A stretch of DNA of 50,742 bases. Source: Octopus sinensis. Lineage: Eukaryota. Below the pieces are notes generated by a model. The model did no database searches and was not told the origin of the DNA. It was given only the letters and a program-made list of their open reading frames with translations. This document shows positions 50,401-50,742 of the stretch, one piece after another. Position numbers and translations under genes: made by a program. The DNA is taken from the NCBI RefSeq assembly GCF_006345805.1, contig NW_021834358.1:1-50742 (forward strand), given 5' to 3'. Position 1 is the stretch's first letter. Every line of letters starts with the position of its first letter.

Positions 50401-50742
50401 GATGCAGCTTCTTTGTGGTTTCTTTCTTTCTTTCTATTACTCTCTTTATCTTAAATCCTCTCCTTCAAACACTCATACGTTGAAAACGACGAGAATGAGC
50501 ATGCTTTTAATATATTTTATAATAAGCAAATTACTTAGATATCTGCATTAATATAAACACTCTTTAAATTATATTTGCATGTTTTAAGTTGCGAAACAAT
50601 TGTTGTGATGTAAGAATTTCCAGTGGTTAAGTACATTTAACCATAATATTTTCCATCGTTGTTTATAACTTCATACACTCCTTGTGGCTTTCTCTTCAAT
50701 CGTACTATACATTCTCTATGTTTTATAGAATGATAATTCAGG

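Overview
AT-rich, repeat-saturated eukaryotic DNA. The repeat families, microsatellite load and TTAGGG-type repeats look like an octopus/coleoid cephalopod genome (inference, not verified). No intact, recognisable host gene is present, and almost all ORFs in the supplied track are microsatellite or SINE artefacts. The window is a transposon graveyard: at least four tRNA-derived SINE types (dozens of copies, several with exact TSDs, some as fixed-junction multimers), 3' fragments of RTE, CR1-group and R4/Dong LINEs, and mariner, piggyBac-type and foldback MITEs. It also holds a 1.4-kb tandem duplication with a chimeric junction. The less obvious signals are five different minimal hammerhead-ribozyme-like motifs with no Penelope ORF nearby, a decayed three-unit tRNA-Thr tandem array, a mariner built from two 3' ends, and one orphan candidate terminal exon (45137-45608, minus). 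All homology calls come from pattern recognition and hand translation, with no database searches.
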